A stretch of DNA of 64,000 bases. Source: Candidatus Sericytochromatia bacterium. GTDB taxonomy: Bacteria; Cyanobacteriota; Sericytochromatia; S15B-MN24; UBA4093. The translations under genes were made by a program, and so were the position numbers. The notes under the pieces were generated by a model. That model saw nothing but the letters and a program-made list of their open reading frames with translations. It was not told the origin of the DNA and did not search any database. The DNA is taken from positions 192,001 through 256,000 of the forward strand of contig JAKFBU010000023.1 of NCBI GenBank assembly GCA_036676985.1, written 5' to 3'. Shown one piece after another: positions 49,174-58,096 of the stretch (position 1 is its first letter; the number at the start of each line of letters is the position of its first letter).

Positions 49174-49818
49174 CTACTTGGCGCCGAGCGCGGCGACCAC
49201 CATGTCGATGTAGAGGTCTTCGAACTCGCCCTGGCTGAGCTTGCCGTCGCCCGTCTTGTCCGCTCCCGCGTACAGCTCGTCGGTGACCGTCACGAGCGTG
49301 GTCGTGATGTTGAGCGTCGGGTACCGGAAGCCCATGCCCACCTTGGCCACCCGCGCATCCGCGAGCTCCTCGCGGGTCAAGAAGCCGTCGCCCCGGCTGA
49401 ACATGCCGCCCGTGGGCAGATCGAGCTTGGTGAACGCCGTGCCGAGGTAGTCGCGCATGCGCACGAAGAACTTGTCCTCGGAGTCGGCCCCGGTGAAGAA
49501 GCCCCCCGCCGTGGCGAACTGCACGAACTGCGCCTCGGAGATCTTGCCGTCGGCGTTGCGATCGAGCTTGGTGAAGAGGTTGAGGGGGATGGTGGGGCCG
49601 GCCTCGTACTCGTCGATGTGGCCGTCGTGGTTGGCGTCGAGGTTGCCGAAGATGGCCTTGTGGATACGGCCGAAGCCGGCCTTGAGGGCGGCCGTCGCGC
49701 TCGCGGACACCTTGGTCGACGAAGCGGACGTGGTGCCGGCGGTGGGCACGCCGCAGCCCGCGAGGCCAAGGAGCGCCAGGCCCAGGGCCGCGCTCACCAG
49801 TCGGTTGTTATGAATCAT
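49174..49818 (-). CDS. EF-hand lipoprotein
   Basis: Lipobox LAGC; DANHDGHIDEYE, DRNADGKISEAQF, DKTGDGKLSQGEF. Confidence 0.85.
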   Translation of the reverse strand: MIHNNRLVSAALGLALLGLAGCGVPTAGTTSASSTKVSASATAALKAGFGRIHKAIFGNLDANHDGHIDEYEAGPTIPLNLFTKLDRNADGKISEAQFVQFATAGGFFTGADSEDKFFVRMRDYLGTAFTKLDLPTGGMFSRGDGFLTREELADARVAKVGMGFRYPTLNITTTLVTVTDELYAGADKTGDGKLSQGEFEDLYIDMVVAALGAK

Positions 49819-49914
49819 GGAAGGTCTCCTGTTTAATGCGTCCTTAACGTATCTTTATTTTGACCATAAAACTTCCAGACGGCAAGGGGTCCCCTCCTCC
49901 GGTAGAATGACTCC

Positions 49915-50634
49915 ATGACGAACGTGATCGCCCAGGGCCAAGCGGCCCGAGACCTCCTCGCCACCGAACGTTACGGCATCCTCTCGACCCACTCGGTCGA
50001 CGTGGCGGGCTATCCGTTCGGATCCGTGACCCCCTACGCCTTGGATCATCGCGGGGAGCCCCTGATCCTCATCAGCACGCTCGCCCAGCACACCAAGAAC
50101 ATCCAGGCGGATCCGCGCGTCTCCCTGACGGTGCACCGTCCCGCAGAGGGGGATCCCCAGGCCGGCGAGCGCCTGACGTGGCTGGCGGACGCCTCACCCG
50201 TCGATCCGGCGGACGAGGCCGCTCAAACCCGCTACCTGGCCTTCCAGCCGCAGGCCGCGGACTACTTCGGCGTCCACGACTTCGGCCTCTACCGGCTCCG
50301 CCTCCAGCGGGCGCGCTACATCGGCGGGTTCGGGCGCATCTTCTGGGTCCGGACCGAGGATCTCGTGCGCGCTAACCCGTTCGCCGAGACCGAGCGCGGC
50401 ATCCTCGCGCACATGAACGCGGACCACCGCCACAACCTGCTCGCGTACTGCCGGGCCTTCAAGGGGCTGGACCCCCAGCATGCGTCCATGGTGGGCCTCG
50501 ATGCGCAGGGCTTCCACGTGCTCGCCGACGACGAGCTCGTGCGGTTCGCCTTCGAGGCCCCCATCGGCACGCCGGAAGAGGCAAGGCAGGCCCTCGTGGC
50601 CCTGGCCCGCCAGGCGGCCCAGATCGCGGGCTAA
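49915..50634 (+). CDS. HugZ-family heme utilisation / PNPOx-like protein with DUF2470-like C-terminus
   Basis: GYPFGS, LAQHTKNI, DPRVSL, IGGFGRI, HMNADH. Confidence 0.88.
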   Translation: MTNVIAQGQAARDLLATERYGILSTHSVDVAGYPFGSVTPYALDHRGEPLILISTLAQHTKNIQADPRVSLTVHRPAEGDPQAGERLTWLADASPVDPADEAAQTRYLAFQPQAADYFGVHDFGLYRLRLQRARYIGGFGRIFWVRTEDLVRANPFAETERGILAHMNADHRHNLLAYCRAFKGLDPQHASMVGLDAQGFHVLADDELVRFAFEAPIGTPEEARQALVALARQAAQIAG

Positions 50635-50684
50635 AAAGCCGAACGGGCCGCCCAAAGGCGGCCCGTCTCGTTTCGAGTGGAAGC

Positions 50685-51371
50685 TTAGCGCCGGGAGTCG
50701 GCCTGCCGCACGCTCGCGACCGCCAGCGTCGTCTGCACCCCCTCGAGGAAGCGCGACCAGCTGAAGTTGGCGGCGGGATCCTTCTTATGCTCCGGCTTGA
50801 GCGTGATGTCCTTGTGGCCGACGATCCGGTCCATGGGGATGGCGTGGGCGTTGACCAGGTAGGACACCAGTCGGATGAGCGAGCGGTACTGGGCGTTGGT
50901 GAACGGATCGGAGCCCGTCTGGGCGTTGACCAGCTCGATGCCGATGGAGCGATCGTTGAGGTGATCCTCGCCCATGTAGTAGCTCTCGCCCGTGTGCCAG
51001 GCGCGCAGCTCGTCGGGCACGCACTGCACGATCTCGCCGGACTTGCCGATGATGTAGTGCGCGCTGACCTTGCTGTCGGGGTTGGCGAAGTGGCGCCAGA
51101 TCGTGCGGGCATCCCGCACGCCCGGGGTCTCCGTGTCGTGGATGACGATCATGTCGATGCCCGCGCCCTCGGGCCGGGCGTCGTAGTTGGCCGCCAGGAG
51201 CCACGTCACGTCGGGCTTGTCGACCGCACGCGTCGGGACGCGATCGATCTCCAGGTGGGTCCAATCGTCGCTCTGCGCCTTGGCAGGAAAGCCGGTTTCG
51301 GTCACCAGCAAGACCATGCCGGCCAGCAGGAGGCCTGCGAGGAAGCGTACTCTACCCTGAAAGCGATCCAT
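50685..51371 (-). CDS. N-acetylmuramoyl-L-alanine amidase (Amidase_2)
   Basis: VIHDT, VSAHY, AWHTG, SIGIELVN, GHKDI, KKDP; signal peptide. Confidence 0.9.
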   Translation of the reverse strand: MDRFQGRVRFLAGLLLAGMVLLVTETGFPAKAQSDDWTHLEIDRVPTRAVDKPDVTWLLAANYDARPEGAGIDMIVIHDTETPGVRDARTIWRHFANPDSKVSAHYIIGKSGEIVQCVPDELRAWHTGESYYMGEDHLNDRSIGIELVNAQTGSDPFTNAQYRSLIRLVSYLVNAHAIPMDRIVGHKDITLKPEHKKDPAANFSWSRFLEGVQTTLAVASVRQADSRR

Positions 51372-51620
51372 CGTCCGGGTCTCCGTTCGAGTAGCGGCGG
51401 GTCTCTCGTGATGCCTTCCGTCAGGCGGCCATTTCCTTGGTCCTACGGGGATTATACCGATCTGCGACAGCAAATTAACGGACGGAGATCACAGTCTTGT
51501 TTCGCCGAAGTTACCGAATGGTTGCATGGTCGCCGCACTTGCCGCCAAGCCCCTGCTTGCCTATGATTGAGGCAAGCTTTTCGACCCCATCGATCCACAC
51601 AGAGGAGATCCGACCACACC

Positions 51621-52037
51621 ATGACGACCACCGAAGACCGCTACCAGGCAGGCCTCAAGCGCTACGAGGACGGCGCCCCCCTCGAGGAGGTGCTCACCTC
51701 GTTCCAGGATCTCTACAAGGACGCGCCGAACGACATCCGGGTCATCGTGAGCCTGAGCTGGCTGCACACCCTCCTTGGCAACAAGGAGCCCGCCCTGCGC
51801 TTCGCGAAGCTCGCCAAGGGCACTCCGCAGGGCCGCTACAACCACGCGCTGGCGCTGTTGACCTTCAAGGAGAAGGGCGTCCGCGAGAAGCTCGAAGAGG
51901 CGATCAACATGGGCGGCCACGAGGGCATGCACGACGCCATGGAGAACCTCGAGGACGCCATCCAGCGCAAGGGCGGCTCCTTCCCGGCCGCCGAGAAGCT
52001 GCTCGGCTGGATCAAGGAAATGCATCCGGCGCACTAA
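51621..52037 (+). CDS. TPR-like helical protein
   Basis: AGAGGAG SD; GLKRYEDG, LSWLHTL, PQGRYNHALA, KGVRE recall a conserved cyanobacterial TPR protein (from memory). Confidence 0.75.
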   Translation: MTTTEDRYQAGLKRYEDGAPLEEVLTSFQDLYKDAPNDIRVIVSLSWLHTLLGNKEPALRFAKLAKGTPQGRYNHALALLTFKEKGVREKLEEAINMGGHEGMHDAMENLEDAIQRKGGSFPAAEKLLGWIKEMHPAH

Positions 52038-52066
52038 GCGTCAGGGGGGCCGAAAGGCCCCCCTTT

Positions 52067-52930
52067 TCATTGCTTGGCTTCCTCGTCGGCCGCTGCTTCC
52101 ATGGCCTTGCGCACCAGGCGGCCCCGCTGGAATTCGAGCACCAGGACGCAGTCAAGGGCGTCGCCATGGTCGTCGGTCGCGTTGAGCGGGTAGCGCCACC
52201 GCTCGCCGTCCTCGCCGAGCTTGCTCACATGCCCGGGCAAGCCGTAGAGACCCTGGATTTCCGAGGCCTCGAGGCCGAGCGTCAGGCTTCCAAGATCGAT
52301 GGCGCGGTACTCGACGCCCTCGTCATCGTCGTCGGCCTCCACTTCCACCGGGCTCCGATGGGTGACGGAGAGCTCCTCCGGCTCCTCGACCGGGGGCAGG
52401 GTCAACTCCGGGTCTTCCTTTTCCTTGACCCACGGCTCGTCGAAGGTCGTCTCTTCCTTCTCTCGGATCCAGGGCTCGCTCGGCTCAGCGGCCTCACGCT
52501 CCTTGATCCATGGCTCACTGGCCTCGGCGGACTCACGCTCCTTGATCCAGGTCTCGCCAGCCTCGGTGGCCTCTCGCTCCTTGATCCAGGGCGCGTCCGG
52601 CCCCTGATCCGAGGTCTCGGCTTCAACGGGCGGAGGAAGCTCCCCGGGTTCGTCCGGCTGCGCAGGCGACGGAGCGGCCAAACGATCGTCCGTCGTTGCC
52701 GCGGACTCCGGCGCGGGCGTCTCGGGGGCCGGGGCGCCCGTGGCCGACTCTTCGAGGCCGGGATCGGCGATCGCAGGCGCCGGCTCGGCGGGCCTGGGGG
52801 TCGCGACCAGAACGGGCACGGGCTCCACGGCCATGCGCGCCAAGGCGATCCGCAAGAGGAACACCAGGCCGTAGGCCGAAACCAACCACAACAGTACCCA
52901 GGCCCAAAGCGGCCCCATGTGCACCCCCAT
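52067..52930 (-). CDS. Single-TM acidic protein with five 13-aa repeats
   Basis: N-terminal TM, Pro/Glu-rich linker, W[IV][KR]E[RK]E repeats. Confidence 0.7.
   Translation of the reverse strand: MGVHMGPLWAWVLLWLVSAYGLVFLLRIALARMAVEPVPVLVATPRPAEPAPAIADPGLEESATGAPAPETPAPESAATTDDRLAAPSPAQPDEPGELPPPVEAETSDQGPDAPWIKEREATEAGETWIKERESAEASEPWIKEREAAEPSEPWIREKEETTFDEPWVKEKEDPELTLPPVEEPEELSVTHRSPVEVEADDDDEGVEYRAIDLGSLTLGLEASEIQGLYGLPGHVSKLGEDGERWRYPLNATDDHGDALDCVLVLEFQRGRLVRKAMEAAADEEAKQ
52415..52591 (-). repeat. Five 39-bp coding tandem repeats
   Basis: Trp codons at 52430, 52469, 52508, 52547, 52586. Confidence 0.85.
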
Positions 52931-53152
52931 GACCTCGCGGATCCGTTCGATGGCCTTATACCCGCCCATCCGACGGGCAAGCGACGGGCCAACCAACCTT
53001 TACCAAGTTTAACAGGGGCGGGACCGGCATGGCCCGGATCCTCCCCCACCCGCCTTTTGGTCGGATATTAAATGTCGTTTAAAGTGACAAGGAAGGGTCT
53101 TCCGGGAAAGATAACCTTAACAACCCGTCTCAGGTTGAAAGGAGTAGCGCTC

Positions 53153-55429
53153 ATGGTCAGAGCGGCCGATAGCACCGGGGGTCCTCGCCCCACGGTCCAG
53201 AACTCACCGGCTCAGGCAGCCTCCCAGCAGCCTGGTCGGACGGAGTCCATCATTGCCGCCGGCCTCACCGAGGCTACGCCCCCGGCCGCCACCACGCCCG
53301 CCAAGCCCAGCACCCCGGCCGACAGCCGCTCTGCCCTGCCCGAGACCATCACGGTCAAGAAGGGCGACTCCCTGAGCATGATCGCCGCCCGCAACCACGT
53401 CAGCCTCGAGCAGCTCAAGGCCCACAACCCCGAGCTGTTCCTGGACGGGCCGGACAAATCCGGCAAGAAGCGCGCGGTCGACGGCCGACTCATCTACCCG
53501 GGCGACACGGTGAAGCTGCGGGCCCCCGATGCCAAGCCCATCGACCCTGCGCGCACCACCACGGCCTCCAACAAGGTCGTCAAGGCCGCCAAGGACTACA
53601 TCGACACGGCCAGCATCCTCGCGCCGGACGCCGCGGGCGGCAAGGGCAAGGAAGTCTCCCAGCGCGTCGTCGACTCCGCGCGCAAGATGCTCGCGCTCAT
53701 TCCGGCGAGCGATCCGGACCGCAAGACCTACGAGCACAAGGTCGAGAAGATCTTAGGGGAGTTCCTGGCCCAGTACCCCACGACCGCTCCGGACGTGCAG
53801 CGGCGCTTCACCGACGCCAGCAACTCCTTCAACCTCGCCCTGCGCGCCTACCAGGACGCCAAGAAGGTGGCCAACGTGCTGCCGACCGAGGACATCCACG
53901 CCTTCCAGCGCGATACCGCCCAGCGGGCCCTGGACGCCTTCACCGAGGCCCATGCCGCCGTGCGTGCGCTCCCGGAGGGCCAGGACCGCGTGCAGGCCCA
54001 GGAACAGCTGGAGATGATGGAATACGCGCTCAGCCAGATGAGCGTGCCCGACGACCAGGTCCAGGCCGCCAAGGAAAAGCGCACCGTCCTGCCCGCGGAC
54101 ATGCCGATCACGGACACCTCGGGCCCCGAGGAGGTCGCCTACAACGCGCCGTTGCGCGGAGCCGAGGGCATCATCGCCGCGGCGGACGTGATGGCGGGCG
54201 GTGAGACCGGCACCCAGCAGGCCATCGGCGCTCTGCCCGGAGCTCCGGCCGCCACCCCTCCTGCGACCCCGGCCCCGGTCGCCAACGCACCGGTCGCACA
54301 GCCCATCGCGCAGCCTCCCGCCGGGACGCAGCAGCCCATCGGGACCATTGGACAGGCGCAGCCCGCCGCCTATCCGCCGGGCTACAACCCGGCCGTGCAG
54401 CCCATGCCCGGCTACCCTGCCGCCGGTCAGCCCGTGGCCGGGTATCCCGTGCCGGGTCAGCCCGTGGCCGGCTATCCCGTGCCGGGTCAACCCGTGGCCG
54501 GCTATCCGGTGCCGGGTCAGCCCTACGTGATGGGTCCGAACGGTCAGCCGATGTATCCGGCAGGCTACGCGCCCGCCGTGCAGATGCCGGCCGCCCAACC
54601 CACCGGTCCCCGGCAGTACGTGCCGGGCCCCGGCGAAATGGCCATGTTCCAGGCCGAGGACGTCAAGCCCACCACGCCCAACTACGGCAACGGCGGCATC
54701 GAGCGCCCCAATCCGACTAACGGCAACAACGGCACGAACGGGACCAACGGCAACAACGGGACGAATGGCACGAACGGGACCAACGGCAACAACGGCACCA
54801 ACGGGACGGACGGCACCAACACCGACGGCCGCCCCCAGAAGGATCCGAACGACCCCAAGGTGCAGCAGATCTGGCAGTACCTCAAGACCGGGGACCACAA
54901 GGCCGTCCGGGACCTGATCAACAACTTCGACCTCTTCTACGCGTCTCTGCCCGAGCAGAAGGCCCTGATGATCAAGATCCTGCTCGACGGCCGGACCAAC
55001 GGCGAGGACCAGGCGGCGATCGCCTCGGTGGTCGACATGGCGCGCCAGCAGGGCGAGTCGGACAAGATGATGCCCGAGCTCGACCGGCTGCTCGGTGGCG
55101 CCGGCCAGGGCATCGCGCGCATGTTCGAGGATCTCAAGAAGGGGGCACGCCAGCAGGTCCTGCAGGCGCTCTTCGGCGATCCGCCGCGCGACGTCACGTT
55201 CAACCCGACCTACTACACCAACCTGGTCGCGTCCCTCGACAAGAAGGACATCCAGTACCTCTGCGAGACCCTGGGCACGACGCCGGGCTCCGCCTGGCTG
55301 AACCGCATCCCCAACCAGGCCAAGCAGGGCATGATCGACAAGCTCAAGAGCTGGTGGCCGTTTAGCGGGGGCCTCAAGCGCCTGCGCGAAGCCCTCGCCT
55401 CGTCCATGGCCACCACGCCGGCCGCCTAG
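53153..55429 (+). CDS. LysM-domain protein with low-complexity repeats
   Basis: AAAGGAG SD; TVKKGDSLSMIA...LIYPGDTVKL; no classical signal peptide. Confidence 0.85.
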   Translation: MVRAADSTGGPRPTVQNSPAQAASQQPGRTESIIAAGLTEATPPAATTPAKPSTPADSRSALPETITVKKGDSLSMIAARNHVSLEQLKAHNPELFLDGPDKSGKKRAVDGRLIYPGDTVKLRAPDAKPIDPARTTTASNKVVKAAKDYIDTASILAPDAAGGKGKEVSQRVVDSARKMLALIPASDPDRKTYEHKVEKILGEFLAQYPTTAPDVQRRFTDASNSFNLALRAYQDAKKVANVLPTEDIHAFQRDTAQRALDAFTEAHAAVRALPEGQDRVQAQEQLEMMEYALSQMSVPDDQVQAAKEKRTVLPADMPITDTSGPEEVAYNAPLRGAEGIIAAADVMAGGETGTQQAIGALPGAPAATPPATPAPVANAPVAQPIAQPPAGTQQPIGTIGQAQPAAYPPGYNPAVQPMPGYPAAGQPVAGYPVPGQPVAGYPVPGQPVAGYPVPGQPYVMGPNGQPMYPAGYAPAVQMPAAQPTGPRQYVPGPGEMAMFQAEDVKPTTPNYGNGGIERPNPTNGNNGTNGTNGNNGTNGTNGTNGNNGTNGTDGTNTDGRPQKDPNDPKVQQIWQYLKTGDHKAVRDLINNFDLFYASLPEQKALMIKILLDGRTNGEDQAAIASVVDMARQQGESDKMMPELDRLLGGAGQGIARMFEDLKKGARQQVLQALFGDPPRDVTFNPTYYTNLVASLDKKDIQYLCETLGTTPGSAWLNRIPNQAKQGMIDKLKSWWPFSGGLKRLREALASSMATTPAA
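54410..54523 (+). repeat. ~4x 30-bp coding repeat GYPVPGQPVA
   Basis: Read directly in DNA and protein. Confidence 0.9.
54719..54820 (+). repeat. Coding NG[TN] tripeptide repeats
   Basis: NGNNGTNGTNGNNGTNGTNGTNGNNGTNGT. Confidence 0.9.
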
Positions 55430-55492
55430 TCGCACCAGGCGCCCCGTTCCCCGGAATTTGATATATTTCGGCAAAAGGGGAATAATATAATC

Positions 55493-55602
55493 ACCAGTTC
55501 TTAGTTCACCTCTCTGAGCTGGAGGGGCCCGTCGTTCACACACCCGGCGGGCCCCACTCTTTCGACCACGGGCGCCGGCTTATCGGCGCCCGTGGCTCAT
55601 TT
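55493..55602 (+). ncRNA. Candidate small regulatory RNA with three hairpins
   Basis: TATAAT at 55486; hairpin 1 exposes UUCACCUCU; 11-bp hairpin 2 has loop UUCACACACC; 12-bp terminal hairpin; no plausible ORF. Confidence 0.6.
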
Positions 55603-55925
55603 CAGGCCCTCCGTGCCGCGCTTAGCGGCCAGTGGCCCGTAACACGCCAAAGCGCCGTTACGTTCCGAGAGATTTCTTTACTATCCTTTGAGGACGGCGC
55701 TTTCGGAAAGGGCGTCCGTGTTTCCGCTCGCTTGTCTGGTGGAACGGGGTGACACACGCAGACTTCCCGGAAGGTTAAGGCCCAAATGGGGTCTACGCGA
55801 CCCTAAGCGCGGTTCGCTTCACAATGTAAGTGATTGTAATCATCTTGGCAGGGAACATTTCGCCTCTATAATCGTCTTATACGATAAATCGACCAATATT
55901 TCGGCGATTACTGGAGGTGTAAGCC

Positions 55926-56252
55926 ATGGAAAAACGGAAGCCCACCAAGACGTCCCGGACCCCCGGCTCGGAGTCGACGCCCACCGTGCGGCGCCGCAAG
56001 AAGGCCGAACCCTCCAACCAGGCCACGTTCCGGCACGGGAGCGAGGTGCAGGAGCTCAACCCGGGACAGATCCACCTGCTCCACGCCCTGGCCCAGGAGT
56101 TTCCCGGCGACCTGCAGGGCAAGATGGAGCCGGACGCGGAGCTCGTGCTCGAAAGCGAGAAGCCGGGCCTGGGCGACTTCTTCCTGTTCAAGCTCAACCA
56201 CCTGCGTGACCAGCAGCAGCGACTCGAAGCGCTCCTGTCCCTCGACGCCTAG
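55926..56252 (+). CDS. Hypothetical protein (108 aa)
   Basis: GGAGG SD, basic N-terminus, high GC3. Confidence 0.7.
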   Translation: MEKRKPTKTSRTPGSESTPTVRRRKKAEPSNQATFRHGSEVQELNPGQIHLLHALAQEFPGDLQGKMEPDAELVLESEKPGLGDFFLFKLNHLRDQQQRLEALLSLDA

Positions 56253-56320
56253 CAGGTGTTCCAACGCATCGCGGGGGTGGGCCAGTGGCCCACCCCCGCG
56301 TTGCGACTCCCGGGCGACGC

Positions 56321-56920
56321 TCAGATCTCCTGGAGCGCGACCAGGACCAGCTCGGGGAACATGCCGATCTCGGCTTCTTCTTCCGGAATGGCCTCCTGGG
56401 AATAGAAGAAGACGTCGTCCATGGTCTCCATGCGCTCGATGATGTCCTCTTCGCCCGTGCGGCAGAGCTCGGGGTCGCTCAGGGAGAAGTGATGGCGGCA
56501 GATCAAGGGGCGCGCCGCGTACATGCTGCAGCTTCCCGCCTGCAAGAAGGGGCAGGGAATGCGCTGGGCCCAGTACTCGGTCGCAAGACCGTCCACGAGG
56601 GTCTCGAGCTCCGCGTCCGCTCCCTCCTGGAGGCGACGGCGCAGCACCTCCGTCGCCTCGAGCCACTGCTCGAGGGAGACCGCCAGGCGCTCTTGCTCCG
56701 GCACGGGCTGCGAGCGGATCCAGCGGGCCGCCTCGCGGGCCTCGGCCATGGTCGTCATCACCAGCTGGTGGCAGCAGGCATCGCAGCCCTTCCGGCAGGT
56801 CGGCGCGTGGCCCTCGGCGGCGTAGGTGTCCAGCACGACCGCCAGGTTCCGTTCGACGTCGCGGTAGAAGTCGGCCATGGAGGCATAGGGGGGAGTCAGT
56901 TCGATTTCGGGTTCCGACAC
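56321..56920 (-). CDS. YkgJ-family cysteine-cluster (CxxxCC) protein
   Basis: CRKGCDACC, CPFL, CSMYAARPLICR. Confidence 0.88.
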   Translation of the reverse strand: MSEPEIELTPPYASMADFYRDVERNLAVVLDTYAAEGHAPTCRKGCDACCHQLVMTTMAEAREAARWIRSQPVPEQERLAVSLEQWLEATEVLRRRLQEGADAELETLVDGLATEYWAQRIPCPFLQAGSCSMYAARPLICRHHFSLSDPELCRTGEEDIIERMETMDDVFFYSQEAIPEEEAEIGMFPELVLVALQEI

Positions 56921-56931
56921 GCGGGGTCCTT

Positions 56932-57585
56932 TCAGGCCTTGAGGTGCATGCGATCGCGCGCCTCGCTCATGAGCTCGGAGGCCCCGAGCATGATGGCGCG
57001 ACCGTCCACCAGGTGATCGAGCAGGAAGTTGAGGGAGAAGCTCTCGAACTCGCCGAGGGCGTCGTCGAGCTGGCGCAGGCCCTGCTCGTAGAGGGCGATC
57101 GCACCGTACCAGGCATCCGGCGCCGAGGCGGCCGCCAGCCCGCGCGTGAGCTCGCCGAGCGTTTCACGGGCGGACGAGACGACCTCCTCGAACGCCTCGG
57201 AGAGCCGCTCGTCGTAGGGATCCCCCGACAGGTCGTCGAGCTGGTCGAAGAGACGTTCCATGAGCAGCTGGATGCGCGCATCGAGGGGGCCGAAGACCTT
57301 TTGATAAAAGAGCTTGGCATCCACCCCGCCGCGCGCGGGTCGGGCCGGACGGGTCGGGAGGCGCTGGGGGCCGCGCTGCGTCGCGTCGTAACGAGCACGC
57401 CGGTCCGCGTTGCCGAGGGTCTCGTACGCCTCGTTGAGGCGGGCCATCTGGCGGACGTTGCCGCCTACCCGGTCGGGGTGAGCCAGCTTCGCCTTGGTGC
57501 GATAGGCAGACCGGATCTCGTCCTCGGTCGCGGTCCGGGTCACACCCAGCAGATCATAGAAGTTGGGGGGTGCTTGCTGCCTCAT
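56932..57585 (-). CDS. J-domain (DnaJ family) protein
   Basis: FYDLLGV, HPD, LNEAYETL; helical C-terminus. Confidence 0.88.
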   Translation of the reverse strand: MRQQAPPNFYDLLGVTRTATEDEIRSAYRTKAKLAHPDRVGGNVRQMARLNEAYETLGNADRRARYDATQRGPQRLPTRPARPARGGVDAKLFYQKVFGPLDARIQLLMERLFDQLDDLSGDPYDERLSEAFEEVVSSARETLGELTRGLAAASAPDAWYGAIALYEQGLRQLDDALGEFESFSLNFLLDHLVDGRAIMLGASELMSEARDRMHLKA

Positions 57586-57659
57586 CGGGCGCGGGCCTCT
57601 CTTTCCACAGCTCCCATTCTATCGGGGAGCCGGTCCGGAGGCCAACCGCCGCCGCTCGG

Positions 57660-57826
57660 ACATCACGTCGCCATCAAGCCACCACATCACGCGCATGACG
57701 TGACGACTCTGACATCACGCCAACCGATCGAACTCAGGACCCCTCACGCATCGGCATCCAAGTCATCGACTACCACGTTACGTCGTTACCGCGCTGTCGT
57801 CATGATCACTCAAGCAACCCATCACC
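57660..57826. repeat. Irregular ACATCACG repeats in non-coding DNA
   Basis: Exact copies at 57660, 57684, 57712; variants CCTCACG (57742), CATCACC (57820). Confidence 0.6.
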
Positions 57827-57908
57827 CGACGCACGTTCTCACCTTAGCGACTTTTCGCTCGTAACATCTTATCCGTGACGCGATAGACGGACATGACCCG
57901 CAACAAGC

Positions 57909-58082
57909 CTAAGCCCCGAGCATCGCCGCCAGAATGAAGCAACAAGCCAACAGCGTGACCTTGAAGCCATAGAGCTCCCGGGGGTCCATGAAGCGGGCCA
58001 GCCAGGTGCGGCGCACGCGCCGCAGGACCCGCAGGCGCGGACGACCGGGAAGGGGACGAGCAGGAAGGGTACGAATCGCCAT
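57909..58082 (-). CDS. Small 57-aa Arg-rich protein with C-terminal TM helix (not in ORF track)
   Basis: GGAGG SD just after lexA stop; MAIRTLPARPLPGRPRLRVLRRVRRTWLARFMDPRELYGFKVTLLACCFILAAMLGA. Confidence 0.6.
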   Translation of the reverse strand: MAIRTLPARPLPGRPRLRVLRRVRRTWLARFMDPRELYGFKVTLLACCFILAAMLGA

Positions 58083-58096
58083 CGATGGCCTCCGTT

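Noticed and set aside
54410-54820. Tandem repeats as CRISPR or mobile-element signature
   Set aside because: In-frame coding repeats varying mainly at synonymous positions, no spacers
57660-57826. Possible CRISPR array
   Set aside because: Repeats only 8 bp, irregular spacing, no cas genes
58035-58075. SRP RNA-like CCGGGAAGG...GAGCAG
   Set aside because: No enclosing long helix; explained by the minus-strand 57-aa ORF
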